Origin: Ignavibacteria bacterium
GTDB taxonomy: Bacteria; Bacteroidota; Ignavibacteria; Kapaibacteriales; UBA4661
DNA: 64,000 bases
Assembly (NCBI GenBank): GCA_014654705.1
Contig: JACVZY010000025.1
Location: 4,640-68,639, forward strand
Reading direction: 5' to 3'
In this document: positions 48,861 to 59,467 of the stretch, one piece after another
Layout: every line of letters begins with the position of its first letter
Numbering within the stretch: position 1 is the stretch's first letter
Notes under the pieces: model-generated
What the model was told of the DNA's origin: nothing
Seen by the model: the letters and a program-made list of their open reading frames with translations, nothing else
Database searches by the model: none
Made by a program: the position numbers and the translations under genes

Positions 48861-49481
48861 TTAAATCTTGACAATCTCAACTATTGAGTTCGGCGCACCA
48901 GGAATGCTACCCTTAACAATAAGGAGATTGGACTCCGGTACAACACGCAACACTTTAAGATTGCGCACCGTAATTCGCTCACCACCCATTCGTCCAGCCA
49001 TACGCATTCCCTTAAAAACGCGTGATGGATATGAGGACGAACCGATTGAGCCGGGGGCGCGAGGACGATCTGACTGCCCGTGCGTTGTCATACCAACACC
49101 ACCAAAATGGTGACGCTTAACAACACCTTGAAAGCCACGACCTTTTGAATCACCGGAAACTTTGATTTTATCTCCCACGGCAAAGTCAGCTACGGTTATT
49201 TCGTCACCTACTTTGACTTGCTGTCGTATATTGCGAAACTCACGGAGATATCGCTTGAACTCTACTTTTGCCTTTGCGAAGTGACCCGCAAGAGGTTTAT
49301 TTACTTTACGAGCCGGAATCTGACCAAAGCCAATTTGTACGGACTCATAACCGTCGTTTTCTTTCGTGCGAACTTGCACGACTGGACAAGGACCAGCTTC
49401 AATTACTGTGCAAGGGATATAATCCCCTGCTTCTGTAAAGATGCTTGTCATGCCGATTTTTCTGCCGAGTAATACGCTCAT
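48861..49481 (-). CDS. rplC: 50S ribosomal protein L3
   Basis: 206 aa. Confidence 0.95.
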   Translation of the reverse strand: MSVLLGRKIGMTSIFTEAGDYIPCTVIEAGPCPVVQVRTKENDGYESVQIGFGQIPARKVNKPLAGHFAKAKVEFKRYLREFRNIRQQVKVGDEITVADFAVGDKIKVSGDSKGRGFQGVVKRHHFGGVGMTTHGQSDRPRAPGSIGSSSYPSRVFKGMRMAGRMGGERITVRNLKVLRVVPESNLLIVKGSIPGAPNSIVEIVKI

Positions 49482-49495
49482 TATTGTTTGGCTCC

Positions 49496-49804
49496 TTAGA
49501 CTTTGATTTCAACATCTACGCCGGCAGGTAGCTCCAAGCGCATGAGGGAATCCACTGTTTTAGGCGTGGAGTTCAGAATATCTATAAGACGCTTATGAGT
49601 GCGTGATTCAAACTGCTCTCGTGATTTTTTATCAACGTGAGGAGAACGCAGGACGGTATAAATTTGCTTCTCAGTCGGGAGCGGAATCGGTCCGGAAATC
49701 ACGGCACCGGTTTGCTTCACTGTGCGAATAATTCGCTCTGCCGACTTGTCAATCAAATTGTGGTCGTAGGACTTCAGCTTTATGCGGATTTTCTGACGTG
49801 CCAC
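49496..49804 (-). CDS. rpsJ: 30S ribosomal protein S10
   Basis: 102 aa, [15 protein letters not shown].. Confidence 0.96.
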   Translation of the reverse strand: MARQKIRIKLKSYDHNLIDKSAERIIRTVKQTGAVISGPIPLPTEKQIYTVLRSPHVDKKSREQFESRTHKRLIDILNSTPKTVDSLMRLELPAGVDVEIKV

Positions 49805-49944
49805 TTGTGTGCCTCTTTCAGTGAAACCTTGTAATGCGAATTTGTTTGTTTTATTTTGAAGGCTTGCTCAAAGCGACTTTATATTTTATCAAAACTTACA
49901 AAGCCGCTTTAGCAATTCCGTTCCTCTATAAGGAACAATACATT

Positions 49945-51153
49945 TTATTGAAGAATTTTCGTAACAACGCCAGAACCCACAGTACGTCCGCCTTCGCGAA
50001 TTGCGAAGCGAAGTCCCTCTTCCATAGCGATTGTTGTGATAAGCTCAATACTAAGGTTATCAAGGTTGTCACCAGGCATAACCATTTCTGTGCCATCAGG
50101 TAGAGTAGCTACGCCCGTAACATCTGTTGTACGGAAGTAGAACTGAGGACGATAACCGTTAAAGAACGGAGTATGACGACCACCTTCTTCTTTTGAAAGT
50201 ACATACACTTGAGCGGTAAACTTTTTGTGCGGCGTAATCGAACCAGGCTTTGCAAGAACCATTCCGCGCTCTAGTTCATTTTTATCTACGCCACGAAGAA
50301 GAAGACCTACGTTATCGCCAGCTTGACCTTCGTCAAGAAGCTTACGGAACATCTCAATACCCGTTACAAATGTCTTTTTATTCAAACCCAAACCAATAAT
50401 CTCTACTTCTTCATTGACTTTCACAATACCACGTTCGATACGCCCCGTACCTACTGTACCGCGTCCAGTAATAGAAAACACGTCTTCAATCGGCATAAGG
50501 AATGGCTTATCAACTGCACGCTCAGGCATAGGTATGTAGCTATCTACAGCATCCATAAGCTCATAAATGCATTTCAAACGCTCATCATCAACTTTCACCG
50601 CAGGGTCGGCACCAGCATCAAGTGCTTGAAGCGCAGAACCTTTTACAATGGGAGTATCATCACCAGGGAAGTTGTAGCGGCTAAGAAGCTCACGAATTTC
50701 CATTTCTACAAGCTCTACAAGGTCGGGATCTGCAATATCAATTTTATTCATGAACACCACAATACGAGGCACACCTACCTGACGAGCCAACAAAATGTGC
50801 TCGCGCGTCTGCGGCATCGGTCCGTCGGTAGCAGCAACTACCAGAATAGCACCATCCATTTGAGCAGCACCAGTAATCATGTTCTTCACGTAATCAGCGT
50901 GCCCAGGACAATCGACGTGCGCATAGTGACGCTTTTCTGTTTCGTATTCAACGTGTGCAGTAGCAATGGTAATCCCACGTGCCTTTTCTTCGGGCGCGTT
51001 ATCAATCGAATCATAACCACGGAATTGCGCATTACCTTTTTTTGCAAGACCCGCAGTAATAGCAGCCGTCAAAGTTGTCTTACCGTGGTCAACGTGTCCG
51101 ATTGTACCGACGTTCACGTGCGGTTTATTACGCTCGAATTTCTCTTTAGCCAT
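49945..51153 (-). CDS. tuf: elongation factor Tu
   Basis: [28 protein letters not shown].. together with the G-domain motifs. Confidence 0.98.
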   Translation of the reverse strand: MAKEKFERNKPHVNVGTIGHVDHGKTTLTAAITAGLAKKGNAQFRGYDSIDNAPEEKARGITIATAHVEYETEKRHYAHVDCPGHADYVKNMITGAAQMDGAILVVAATDGPMPQTREHILLARQVGVPRIVVFMNKIDIADPDLVELVEMEIRELLSRYNFPGDDTPIVKGSALQALDAGADPAVKVDDERLKCIYELMDAVDSYIPMPERAVDKPFLMPIEDVFSITGRGTVGTGRIERGIVKVNEEVEIIGLGLNKKTFVTGIEMFRKLLDEGQAGDNVGLLLRGVDKNELERGMVLAKPGSITPHKKFTAQVYVLSKEEGGRHTPFFNGYRPQFYFRTTDVTGVATLPDGTEMVMPGDNLDNLSIELITTIAMEEGLRFAIREGGRTVGSGVVTKILQ

Positions 51154-51222
51154 TGTAGTAGCTCCTCAATGCAGTGAAAAATTGTGAAAGAGATAAAGTG
51201 TATTTTGAGATTATTTTCAGTT

Positions 51223-53280
51223 TCAGTACGAGGGCGTATTTAATGCAGGCTCATAGCGAGCAAATTTCATCGTATATGATGCGCGTCCTTGTGTAATTGA
51301 GCGCAGTCGCGTCACATAACCAAACATTTCCGAAAGTGGTACAAACGCTTTAATAGCTTGCAAATCTATGCCTTGCTGTGCTATACCTTCTATTTTACCG
51401 CGCCTTGCGCTTAAATCACCAACCACATCGCCCATGTTTTTATCTGGCGTGACAACTTCAACTTCAAACACCGGCTCCAACAGGACTGGTGATGCGTTGC
51501 GCATCGCTTCCCTAACAGCATTGGAAGCGCTTATTGTAAATGCAACTTCATTTGAGTCCGTTAGGTTAAAAAAAGCACTCACAAGTTGAACCTTCACACC
51601 CAAAACAGGGTAACTCATCAGAGGTCCATTCTGCAACCCTTGTCGTACGCCTTGCTCTACAGCATTTACGTAGTTTGTGGGCAGTGCCGAAGGCGCTAAC
51701 TTGTTTTCAAAGATTACATTTGTACTAACATCACCGGGGGAAACATTTAGAACAACGTGCGCAAACTGTGCCTTCCCGCCGACATTACGATCCAGTATTT
51801 CTTCCTGTTGAGCGGAGGATGTAACTGTTTCACGGTAAGCCACTTGCGGCTTCCCAACATTTACACCTACACCGAACTCTCGCTTCAAACGATCAACCAT
51901 GATTTCGAGCTGCAACTCACCAACACCGCTGATGAGCATTTGCCCTGTTTCTTCATCTGTTTTGAAACGGAACGTAGGATCTTCGTCTATAAGTTTTTGC
52001 AGTGCGTCGTTAAGTTTTTCTTGATCGGCTAGAGTTTTAGGCTCGATGGCTTGGTTAATCACGGGCTCAGCAAACTCTATTTTTTCGAGGAGGATGGGAT
52101 GGGCTGCATCACAAATCGTATCACCTGTTCGCGCATTTTTCAACCCAACAACTGCGACAATAGAACCGGCATACTCTTCCTCAACATCTTCTCGCTGGTT
52201 TGCTCTCATGTGAAGCAAACGACCGATACGCTCTTTTTTTCCGGTGGTAGCATTTAACAAGTATTCACCTGTTTTTAGCGTACCGGAATAGACACGCATG
52301 AATGTCAAGCGACCAACAAATTGGTCTGAAACAACTTTGAAAACAAGAGCCGAGAGTGGCTCATTATCTTGAAAGCTGCGATACAACTCCTCGTGCATAT
52401 CAAGTCCGTACCCTTTTACACCGCCTATATCTAGTGGGGACGGCAGGTACTCAATTACGGCATCTAGCAATTGCTGAACGCCTTTGTTCTTGAAAGAGGC
52501 ACCACAAAGAACTGGAGTAATCACTGTTTGAATTGTTCCTCTGCGAATTGCAGATTGAATTTCATTGCTCGTAAGCTCGCCTTGTTCAAGATATTTTGCT
52601 AACAACTCATCGTCTACCTCTGCGGCAGATTCAACAAGCAAAGCGCGATACTCTTGCACTTGCACGCTCATGCTTAAAGGAACTTCCTCAACGGAATACT
52701 TTAAGCCAAGCGAATCTTCGTCATACACAAGCGCTTTCATTTGAACAAGATCTACAACTCCTCTAAAGTCTTCTCCAGACCCTATTGGCAATTGCAAGAC
52801 AACAGGACGCGCATTTAATCGGTCTTTCATCATCTGAATTACGCGAAAAAAATCCGCTCCGATGCGATCCATTTTATTAACGAAAGCTATGCGAGGCACA
52901 TTATACTGTTCTGCTTGCCTCCAGACTGTCTCAGACTGAGGCTCAACACCACTAACAGCACAATAAAGCGCGACAGCACCATCAAGAACACGAAGAGAAC
53001 GCTGAACTTCAACACTAAAATCTACGTGCCCGGGCGTATCAATCAAATTAATTTGACAATCACGCCATTGGCAATATGTAGCAGCGGAGCTAATAGTGAT
53101 ACCACGTTCGCGCTCTTGCTCCATAAAATCCATTACAGCCGTACCGTAATGCACCTCACCCATTTTATGAACTACTCCTGCATAAAACAGAATACGCTCA
53201 CTCGTGGTTGTCTTGCCCGCATCAATATGCGCCATTATGCCTATGTTGCGTACCTTTTCTATCGGCGTTACACGTGGCAT
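51223..53280 (-). CDS. fusA: elongation factor G
   Basis: 685 aa, ..[20 protein letters not shown].. Confidence 0.97.
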   Translation of the reverse strand: MPRVTPIEKVRNIGIMAHIDAGKTTTSERILFYAGVVHKMGEVHYGTAVMDFMEQERERGITISSAATYCQWRDCQINLIDTPGHVDFSVEVQRSLRVLDGAVALYCAVSGVEPQSETVWRQAEQYNVPRIAFVNKMDRIGADFFRVIQMMKDRLNARPVVLQLPIGSGEDFRGVVDLVQMKALVYDEDSLGLKYSVEEVPLSMSVQVQEYRALLVESAAEVDDELLAKYLEQGELTSNEIQSAIRRGTIQTVITPVLCGASFKNKGVQQLLDAVIEYLPSPLDIGGVKGYGLDMHEELYRSFQDNEPLSALVFKVVSDQFVGRLTFMRVYSGTLKTGEYLLNATTGKKERIGRLLHMRANQREDVEEEYAGSIVAVVGLKNARTGDTICDAAHPILLEKIEFAEPVINQAIEPKTLADQEKLNDALQKLIDEDPTFRFKTDEETGQMLISGVGELQLEIMVDRLKREFGVGVNVGKPQVAYRETVTSSAQQEEILDRNVGGKAQFAHVVLNVSPGDVSTNVIFENKLAPSALPTNYVNAVEQGVRQGLQNGPLMSYPVLGVKVQLVSAFFNLTDSNEVAFTISASNAVREAMRNASPVLLEPVFEVEVVTPDKNMGDVVGDLSARRGKIEGIAQQGIDLQAIKAFVPLSEMFGYVTRLRSITQGRASYTMKFARYEPALNTPSY

Positions 53281-53347
53281 AATTTCAACCTAACACAAAG
53301 AAACAATTCTATCAAAGAACGAAATTTTCTATTTTTACAAACTCACA

Positions 53348-53815
53348 TCACCATTTAAAGTGCGCAAACGCTTTATTTGCGTCCGCCATACGATGCATAT
53401 CATCGCGCTTTTTAATCGCAGAACCTTCACCATTTGCAGCAGCAGTCAACTCATTCGCCAAACGCTGCGCCATTGACTTATCACGACGCTGACGAGCAGC
53501 ACCTTTCAGCCAACGAATTGCCAAAGCAACACGACGCGCCTCAGGTACCTCAGAAGGTACTTGATAAGTAGCACCACCGACACGACGCGCACGAACTTCA
53601 ACCGCTGGCGCAGCATTTGCCATCGCCTTACGGAAAAACTCCAACTCATCCTGACCGGTTTTCTCGCGAATAATATCGAGAGCACCATACATGATTTTTT
53701 GCGCTGTCAACTTCTTTCCGTCATACATAATACTGTTAATGAATCTTGTAATGATTACATCTTTGTACTTCGGATCTGCTGGCGTCGGAAAACGCTTTGC
53801 TCTTGCTTTTCTCAT
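53348..53815 (-). CDS. rpsG: 30S ribosomal protein S7
   Basis: 155 aa. Confidence 0.96.
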   Translation of the reverse strand: MRKARAKRFPTPADPKYKDVIITRFINSIMYDGKKLTAQKIMYGALDIIREKTGQDELEFFRKAMANAAPAVEVRARRVGGATYQVPSEVPEARRVALAIRWLKGAARQRRDKSMAQRLANELTAAANGEGSAIKKRDDMHRMADANKAFAHFKW

Positions 53816-53898
53816 TGCTTCAAATGGTAAAAATCTTGTAAGATTTTGTATTCAATTTCTATTATTTAAATAAAACCGCTAAAGCAGGAAATATCAAC

Positions 53899-54306
53899 TT
53901 ATTTCTTTTTGCCTTTTGTTTCAGGAGCAGCGCCCGGTTTCGGACGCTTTGCCCCATACTTGGATCGCGCCTGCTTGCGGTCTTTCACACCCTGCGTATC
54001 GGCAGTACCACGAATAATGTGATATCGAACACCGGGCAAATCTTTAACACGACCACCACGAATCATCACGATAGAGTGCTCTTGCAAATTGTGCCCTTCG
54101 CCTGGAATATACGCCGTAACCTCAATTTGATTCGAGAGACGAACACGAGCTACCTTGCGAAGCGCAGAATTTGGCTTCTTGGGGGTAGTCGTATAAACTC
54201 GCGTACACACGCCGCGCTTTTGGGGACAAGAATCAAGCGCAGGCGATTTACTTTTATATTCGACTACGGTTCTACCTTTGCGAATGAGCTGATTAATTGT
54301 AGGCAT
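53899..54306 (-). CDS. rpsL: 30S ribosomal protein S12
   Basis: [12 protein letters not shown].. with the K-PNSALRK motif. 135 aa. Confidence 0.97.
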   Translation of the reverse strand: MPTINQLIRKGRTVVEYKSKSPALDSCPQKRGVCTRVYTTTPKKPNSALRKVARVRLSNQIEVTAYIPGEGHNLQEHSIVMIRGGRVKDLPGVRYHIIRGTADTQGVKDRKQARSKYGAKRPKPGAAPETKGKKK

Positions 54307-54670
54307 AACGTCCTAGAATTTCTGTCGTGAGTGATGTTAAATCAACAATGTCGTGCGATATGCAGCAAGTGTAATTCAAGTGAGCAACAAAACTACGATA
54401 CTTTTCTTTGTTGTCCAAATTTTTTTTACAGATTTCGTAAAATTATTATCTATCGCACCACATTTATTGACGACAGAAGAACGCTTTCCGGCTTGCTACA
54501 ATCTACTCTGTACGGCATTTAGATTTTATTTTTCTTTTGATTCCACGTCGAGAAAGTTTATCAAAATAAGGGAAAATAATTGTAGATTAGGTATATCATT
54601 ACCAAAGTAACCATGCGCTACTTCCTCACAATCTTGTTTCTGACATACTAATACAGGTTCGCTTAACACT

Positions 54671-56458
54671 ATGTTCAAGACCCTTTTACTTTCTAGTTTT
54701 ATCCTCTCGTATTGCTTGCCAATTCTTACTTACTCGCAACTAAGTCAAGCACAGACACCACAAAACCAAGAGATTCTGCGTGCTATGCGCGACGAGATTA
54801 AGCGCTCCATGCAAGATCTACGACTTCCGGCTTTAGAAAAACCGTATTATATTCAGTATTCTCTTGTGCAGAACGCATCAACCAATATCAAGGCATCTTT
54901 TGGAAGCCTTACCGAATCTCATCTCTCCCAAGACAAGCGCCTTACTGTTGGCTTGCGCGTCGGCTCGGCACAATTCGATAACACGAATTTTTTTGATCCC
55001 GCGCTTGGCTTCTTTGGCTCCAGCGACGATGAAGAGCGCTTCAAAAGCCGTTCTATTCCCAGTGAATTAGACTATTCAGCGCTTCGCCGTGAACTTTGGC
55101 TTGCTACCGATGCCGCCTATAAGCAGTCAGCCGAGCTGTACGCAAAAAAACAAGCCGCTCTCAAAAACCGCGTTCGCATAGATACTCTTGCAGATTTTAC
55201 GCTCTTTCCCGCTGCTTCAAGTGTTGACACGATTCCCATACCGACACTCGACAAAACCTATTTTGAGCGACTTGCAGTAGATTTATCGGCGATATTTCGA
55301 GACTTTCCTGCCGTTACACTCTCCACCGTTGCAGTTGAATACAACACCAAACAAGAACTTTTCGTGAATACCGAGGCACGGGAATATGTACGTACAGATT
55401 TGATTATCGGAATAGAGATAGTTGCCACGGCGCAGGCAAAAGACGGAATGCCGCTTGCACAGGTGTACAGCACATACAGCCGCACTCCAAGCGGTCTGCC
55501 AAGCCGAGATTCTTTGCTCAAAGCCACGCGGGCATTGGCGCAAAAACTCTCTCAGAGCCTTACCGCCCCCATTGCACAGGCATATTCCGGACCCGTTCTC
55601 CTAGAAGATCAAGCAGCAGCAGAAGCCTTCTTACAGATATTTGCACCTAACCTTGTGACACAAAGGTCTCCCGTTACCGAGCGAGGTATTAGTGATAACT
55701 CACAAAATGCAACCTTCCAGAACAAAGTTGGTGCGCGAGTCATGCCTGAGTTTCTGTCTGTCTCGGTTACACCTTCACAAGCGGTTTACAATACCACACA
55801 ACTCGTAGGCGCATACCGCATTGACGACGAGGCAATTCCGGCGGAGTCTTTCCAAATTATCAAAGGCGGCTATTTGAAAGGTCTTATGGCTTCGCGCACT
55901 CCCACACGGCGCATAAAAACGTCCAACGGACATAACCGTGGTGGCGCGGCTATGTTCAGCATTCTGGACGTTTCAGCAGGCAAAGACCGTACCCAACCCT
56001 TCAAAAAACTGCGTGCGAGAATGCTGCAACTCTGCAAAGACCGCGATTTGCCATATGGAATAGTTGTTCGGAAAATCCTGAATCCGAATATCCTGATGAC
56101 GACCCTTTACAGCCTCACTGAAGGCGAATTTCCCTTTGCCCGCACGCCCGGGCAAATGACCGCACTTGAAGCCTATCGTGTCTATCCCGATGGACGAGAA
56201 GAACTTATACGAGGATGCGATATTGCCGGAATGACAGTCCAATCTTTTAAGGAAATCCTTGCTGTTGGCGACCGCAAAGCTGCCTACAACTGCTATGCGT
56301 TGCCTGTTACCGCGGCATTCTTTTCCGGTGGGGCGCAGTTTTTGCCCGCTTCGGTTATTTTACCGGCACTCCTCTTTGAGGATATCGAAATTCGCCCTAT
56401 TGAAGATGATTTTACCAAACCACCCATCTTGCCGCATCCTTTCTTTTCTCGCAAGTAA
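54671..56458 (+). CDS. secreted TldD/PmbA-family protein lacking the HExxxH motif (TldE/PmbA-like pseudoprotease partner)
   Basis: It has a signal peptide. It is clearly a paralog of the gene at 16749..18476 (ILRAMRDEIKRSMQDL versus ILEAMKTEMQRTMTDL). The position of the catalytic HEIFGH motif reads LQIFAPNL here. Confidence 0.7.
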   Translation: MFKTLLLSSFILSYCLPILTYSQLSQAQTPQNQEILRAMRDEIKRSMQDLRLPALEKPYYIQYSLVQNASTNIKASFGSLTESHLSQDKRLTVGLRVGSAQFDNTNFFDPALGFFGSSDDEERFKSRSIPSELDYSALRRELWLATDAAYKQSAELYAKKQAALKNRVRIDTLADFTLFPAASSVDTIPIPTLDKTYFERLAVDLSAIFRDFPAVTLSTVAVEYNTKQELFVNTEAREYVRTDLIIGIEIVATAQAKDGMPLAQVYSTYSRTPSGLPSRDSLLKATRALAQKLSQSLTAPIAQAYSGPVLLEDQAAAEAFLQIFAPNLVTQRSPVTERGISDNSQNATFQNKVGARVMPEFLSVSVTPSQAVYNTTQLVGAYRIDDEAIPAESFQIIKGGYLKGLMASRTPTRRIKTSNGHNRGGAAMFSILDVSAGKDRTQPFKKLRARMLQLCKDRDLPYGIVVRKILNPNILMTTLYSLTEGEFPFARTPGQMTALEAYRVYPDGREELIRGCDIAGMTVQSFKEILAVGDRKAAYNCYALPVTAAFFSGGAQFLPASVILPALLFEDIEIRPIEDDFTKPPILPHPFFSRK

Positions 56459-56488
56459 AAAATTTTGCTACGATTTATGGTAAAGATC

Positions 56489-59461
56489 ATGCACACTACA
56501 CGAAGAAGTCGGACATATCTTTCTATAAGCCTTGATAAAGCGCTCTCCAAAGCCTCACAAACGATTTTTTATCGAATTTCTAGCCTTTGTACGGGGGTAA
56601 GACTCGTCATTCCCTCAAAGGCATCAATAAGGTTTTTAGTAGGTACATTATTTTACCTCTCCTCGCTATCTGCTCAGGCACAAACACCTTCATACCCCCA
56701 ACATGTTGTATTGGTCAAATTTAGAGCTAATTCCCCACTCTTCACCAAATGGGAATCTAGTAAGCGGCGGGGTACTATTACAGAATGGCAGGATATTCTT
56801 CACACCCACACAACTGAAGCGCTCTTCGACGATAACTTAGTGCAAAGCGTCATTGAACGTTTCAGCCGTCTAACCGAAGACAATCCCGCAAAACGCGCCT
56901 CCACCCTAACTCGTTGGTGCAAAATTCGCTTCTCTGCACCAATAGACCCTGCTTTGCTGTCGGGCAAACTCAAGAATTTGCCCGATGTGGAATATGCCGA
57001 ACCGCTTTACCGCCGTACACTCACAGACACTCCCAACGACCCGTTTATTAACTCACAGCAGTATTTGTCAGTCATTCGAGCTTTTGAAGCGTGGGATGTT
57101 GTGCGGACGCAAGCTGATACGTCGCAGCGCGTCATTGTGGCAATTGTTGATAGCGGAGTTGACTATACCCATGAAGATTTAGCAGCAAATATTTATGTCA
57201 ATCCGGGCGAAAGCGGCAACGATGCACAAGGGCGCGATAAACGCACCAATGGCGTTGACGATGACCGCAACGGCAGAGTGGATGATTGGCACGGTTGGGA
57301 TTTCAGCACCGATGCCGATGCCACAACGGAAAGCAACGACCCCATGCCCATCGGCAATACACACGGCACACACGTCGCAGGAATAGCAGGAGCCGTGACA
57401 AATAATGGTAAAGGCGTAGCAGGTGTAGCCAGAGGCATTTGGCTTTTACCAATCAAATGCAGCCCTCCAAACTCAGGGGATGTACCAAACGGTTTTCGTG
57501 GTATTATCTATGCGGCAACCATGGGTGCAAAGATTATTAATTGCAGTTGGGGCGATACTTCGCGCTCCCAAGCAGAGCAAGAAACGATTGATATTGCCAC
57601 CGAACTCGGTTCATTAGTGGTCGCAACCGCCGGTAATGATCGTCGCTATACAGCTTTTTATCCGGGTTCTTACGACAACGTTTGCTCAGTAGCATGGTTG
57701 GAAAATGATGACACTCATTTTTTCGGCAATTACCACGAAACAGTAGATATTGGCGCTCCCGGCTCAAGTATTTATGCGACATTTACTGATAATCGCTATG
57801 GCTCTATGGGCGGAACATCTATGTCTGCTCCTATGGTTTCGGCAGCAGCAGCACTTGTCAAAATGCGCTTCCCACAATATTCACCCCAACAAATTTTCTC
57901 CCAACTGAAAGCTACTGCCGACAATAACGACCGCCAGAATCCCGACCTTGTGGGCTTCATCGGCACTGGTCGGCTGAATGTTTTAGCTGCCGTTCAAACC
58001 GTCAATCCGCCGTTTATTGAAATTCGTGGCTATACCGTGCAAGATGAAAATAATAATGGACTTCTCGAATCGGGCGAGCGTGTAACGGTGCAACTCAACC
58101 TTGCCAATGTCTTTGCCCCTATTGCGGGAGCACGTATCGCAATGCGGACGACTATCACTACCGGCAGTATGTTCTACCCGTTCTTCGACGATACCGTGAG
58201 GCAAGTTCCTACCTTAGCAGCAAATGAAACACGTACAAATGCTGTCAACTTCAGCTTTCGCCTCACGACGAATTTATCGCAAGATTTTGCCGTCCCCCTG
58301 CTTTTTTCCATTTTTGATGCGAACGGAAAACTCATTGGTCGTGATGCTCTCAGGCTTTCTGTCAATAAATCGTACCAAACCCTGCGCGGTAATGCGCTTG
58401 CGCTCACCGTAAACAGTCGTGGTAGCTTTGGCTTCAATGACTTCCCAATCAATATGCAAGGCGACGGATTATTTTATCAGTTGCGCGATACCAATAATCT
58501 CATTTACGAAGGCGGAATCATTGTAGCAAGCGGATCGGACAGCATCTCATCTTCTGTGCGAAACACCTCAACGCAACGTGACTTAGCTTTTCTAGCAACA
58601 TCGCTCCTTACTGTTTCGACAGCATCAGATTCATCACTTCTGACCGCCAAGGCAAGTTTCATCGACCGCGCTTCCGATACCCAAGCAGGCGTGAAGATTG
58701 ACCAAACAGTGCAGCAATACCGACAATTCCCACGCCCAAATATGGTCATCTCGTCGTACATCATCACGAACACATCAAACCGTGCCTTTTCCAATTTATC
58801 CGCAGGATTATTTTTTGATTGGGATATTGCCAACTATAACATCAATGAGACATTTTGGGATACCGATTGTGGATGCGGTATTGCAAAAAGCATCAATGGC
58901 AACTTCCCTGTCATCGGCGTAAAGCTCCTTTCTCCACAAACACCAACATTTTACCCGATTCAGCTTGGAGATACGGCACAAAACGCAATCACGCTGAACG
59001 ATGGCTTCCCCCGCAGCGATAAATACCGCGCCCTTTCCAGTGGCATTATTTCATCGCGCAAATCCGGCGATATTGCTCACGTCGTCGGTGCAAGCGGCAT
59101 GACACTTCAGATTGGTTCATCCGCTTCAGTTCGGTTCGCCATCGCAGGTGGATTGTCTTTGGATGAAATTCGTACTAGCTTTCGAGTACTCAATCAATCA
59201 GATAGCACTCCCAATCGCCTCTATCCTAATCCCGCAAGCAGCAGTGCTTTTTTGGAATACGAACTCGCAAGTGACCAAATAGTAACCGTAGAACTTTTGA
59301 ACATACTTGGACAAATAGTCGCAACACCCGTAAATCACCTTCAGACTAAGGGCTGGCAGCAAATAGCATTTGCCCTAGATTCACTCAGCCCGGGTGTCTA
59401 TTGGATTCGTTTGCGCGGTGCAACGCTCTCCTTTAGCAAGCCGCTTGTTATCTCACGTTAG
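56489..59461 (+). CDS. large S8-family subtilase with an I9-like propeptide and a T9SS C-terminal sorting domain
   Basis: The catalytic Asp (VAIVDSGVDYTHEDL), His (HGTHVAGIAG) and Ser (GTSMSAPMVSAAAAL) are present. The C-terminus YPNPASSSAF...GVYWIRL is a T9SS CTD. The start is uncertain: the in-frame ORF opens at 56465, and the hydrophobic signal-like segment begins about 45 aa after the first ATG. Confidence 0.85.
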   Translation: MHTTRRSRTYLSISLDKALSKASQTIFYRISSLCTGVRLVIPSKASIRFLVGTLFYLSSLSAQAQTPSYPQHVVLVKFRANSPLFTKWESSKRRGTITEWQDILHTHTTEALFDDNLVQSVIERFSRLTEDNPAKRASTLTRWCKIRFSAPIDPALLSGKLKNLPDVEYAEPLYRRTLTDTPNDPFINSQQYLSVIRAFEAWDVVRTQADTSQRVIVAIVDSGVDYTHEDLAANIYVNPGESGNDAQGRDKRTNGVDDDRNGRVDDWHGWDFSTDADATTESNDPMPIGNTHGTHVAGIAGAVTNNGKGVAGVARGIWLLPIKCSPPNSGDVPNGFRGIIYAATMGAKIINCSWGDTSRSQAEQETIDIATELGSLVVATAGNDRRYTAFYPGSYDNVCSVAWLENDDTHFFGNYHETVDIGAPGSSIYATFTDNRYGSMGGTSMSAPMVSAAAALVKMRFPQYSPQQIFSQLKATADNNDRQNPDLVGFIGTGRLNVLAAVQTVNPPFIEIRGYTVQDENNNGLLESGERVTVQLNLANVFAPIAGARIAMRTTITTGSMFYPFFDDTVRQVPTLAANETRTNAVNFSFRLTTNLSQDFAVPLLFSIFDANGKLIGRDALRLSVNKSYQTLRGNALALTVNSRGSFGFNDFPINMQGDGLFYQLRDTNNLIYEGGIIVASGSDSISSSVRNTSTQRDLAFLATSLLTVSTASDSSLLTAKASFIDRASDTQAGVKIDQTVQQYRQFPRPNMVISSYIITNTSNRAFSNLSAGLFFDWDIANYNINETFWDTDCGCGIAKSINGNFPVIGVKLLSPQTPTFYPIQLGDTAQNAITLNDGFPRSDKYRALSSGIISSRKSGDIAHVVGASGMTLQIGSSASVRFAIAGGLSLDEIRTSFRVLNQSDSTPNRLYPNPASSSAFLEYELASDQIVTVELLNILGQIVATPVNHLQTKGWQQIAFALDSLSPGVYWIRLRGATLSFSKPLVISR

Positions 59462-59467
59462 TTCTGG

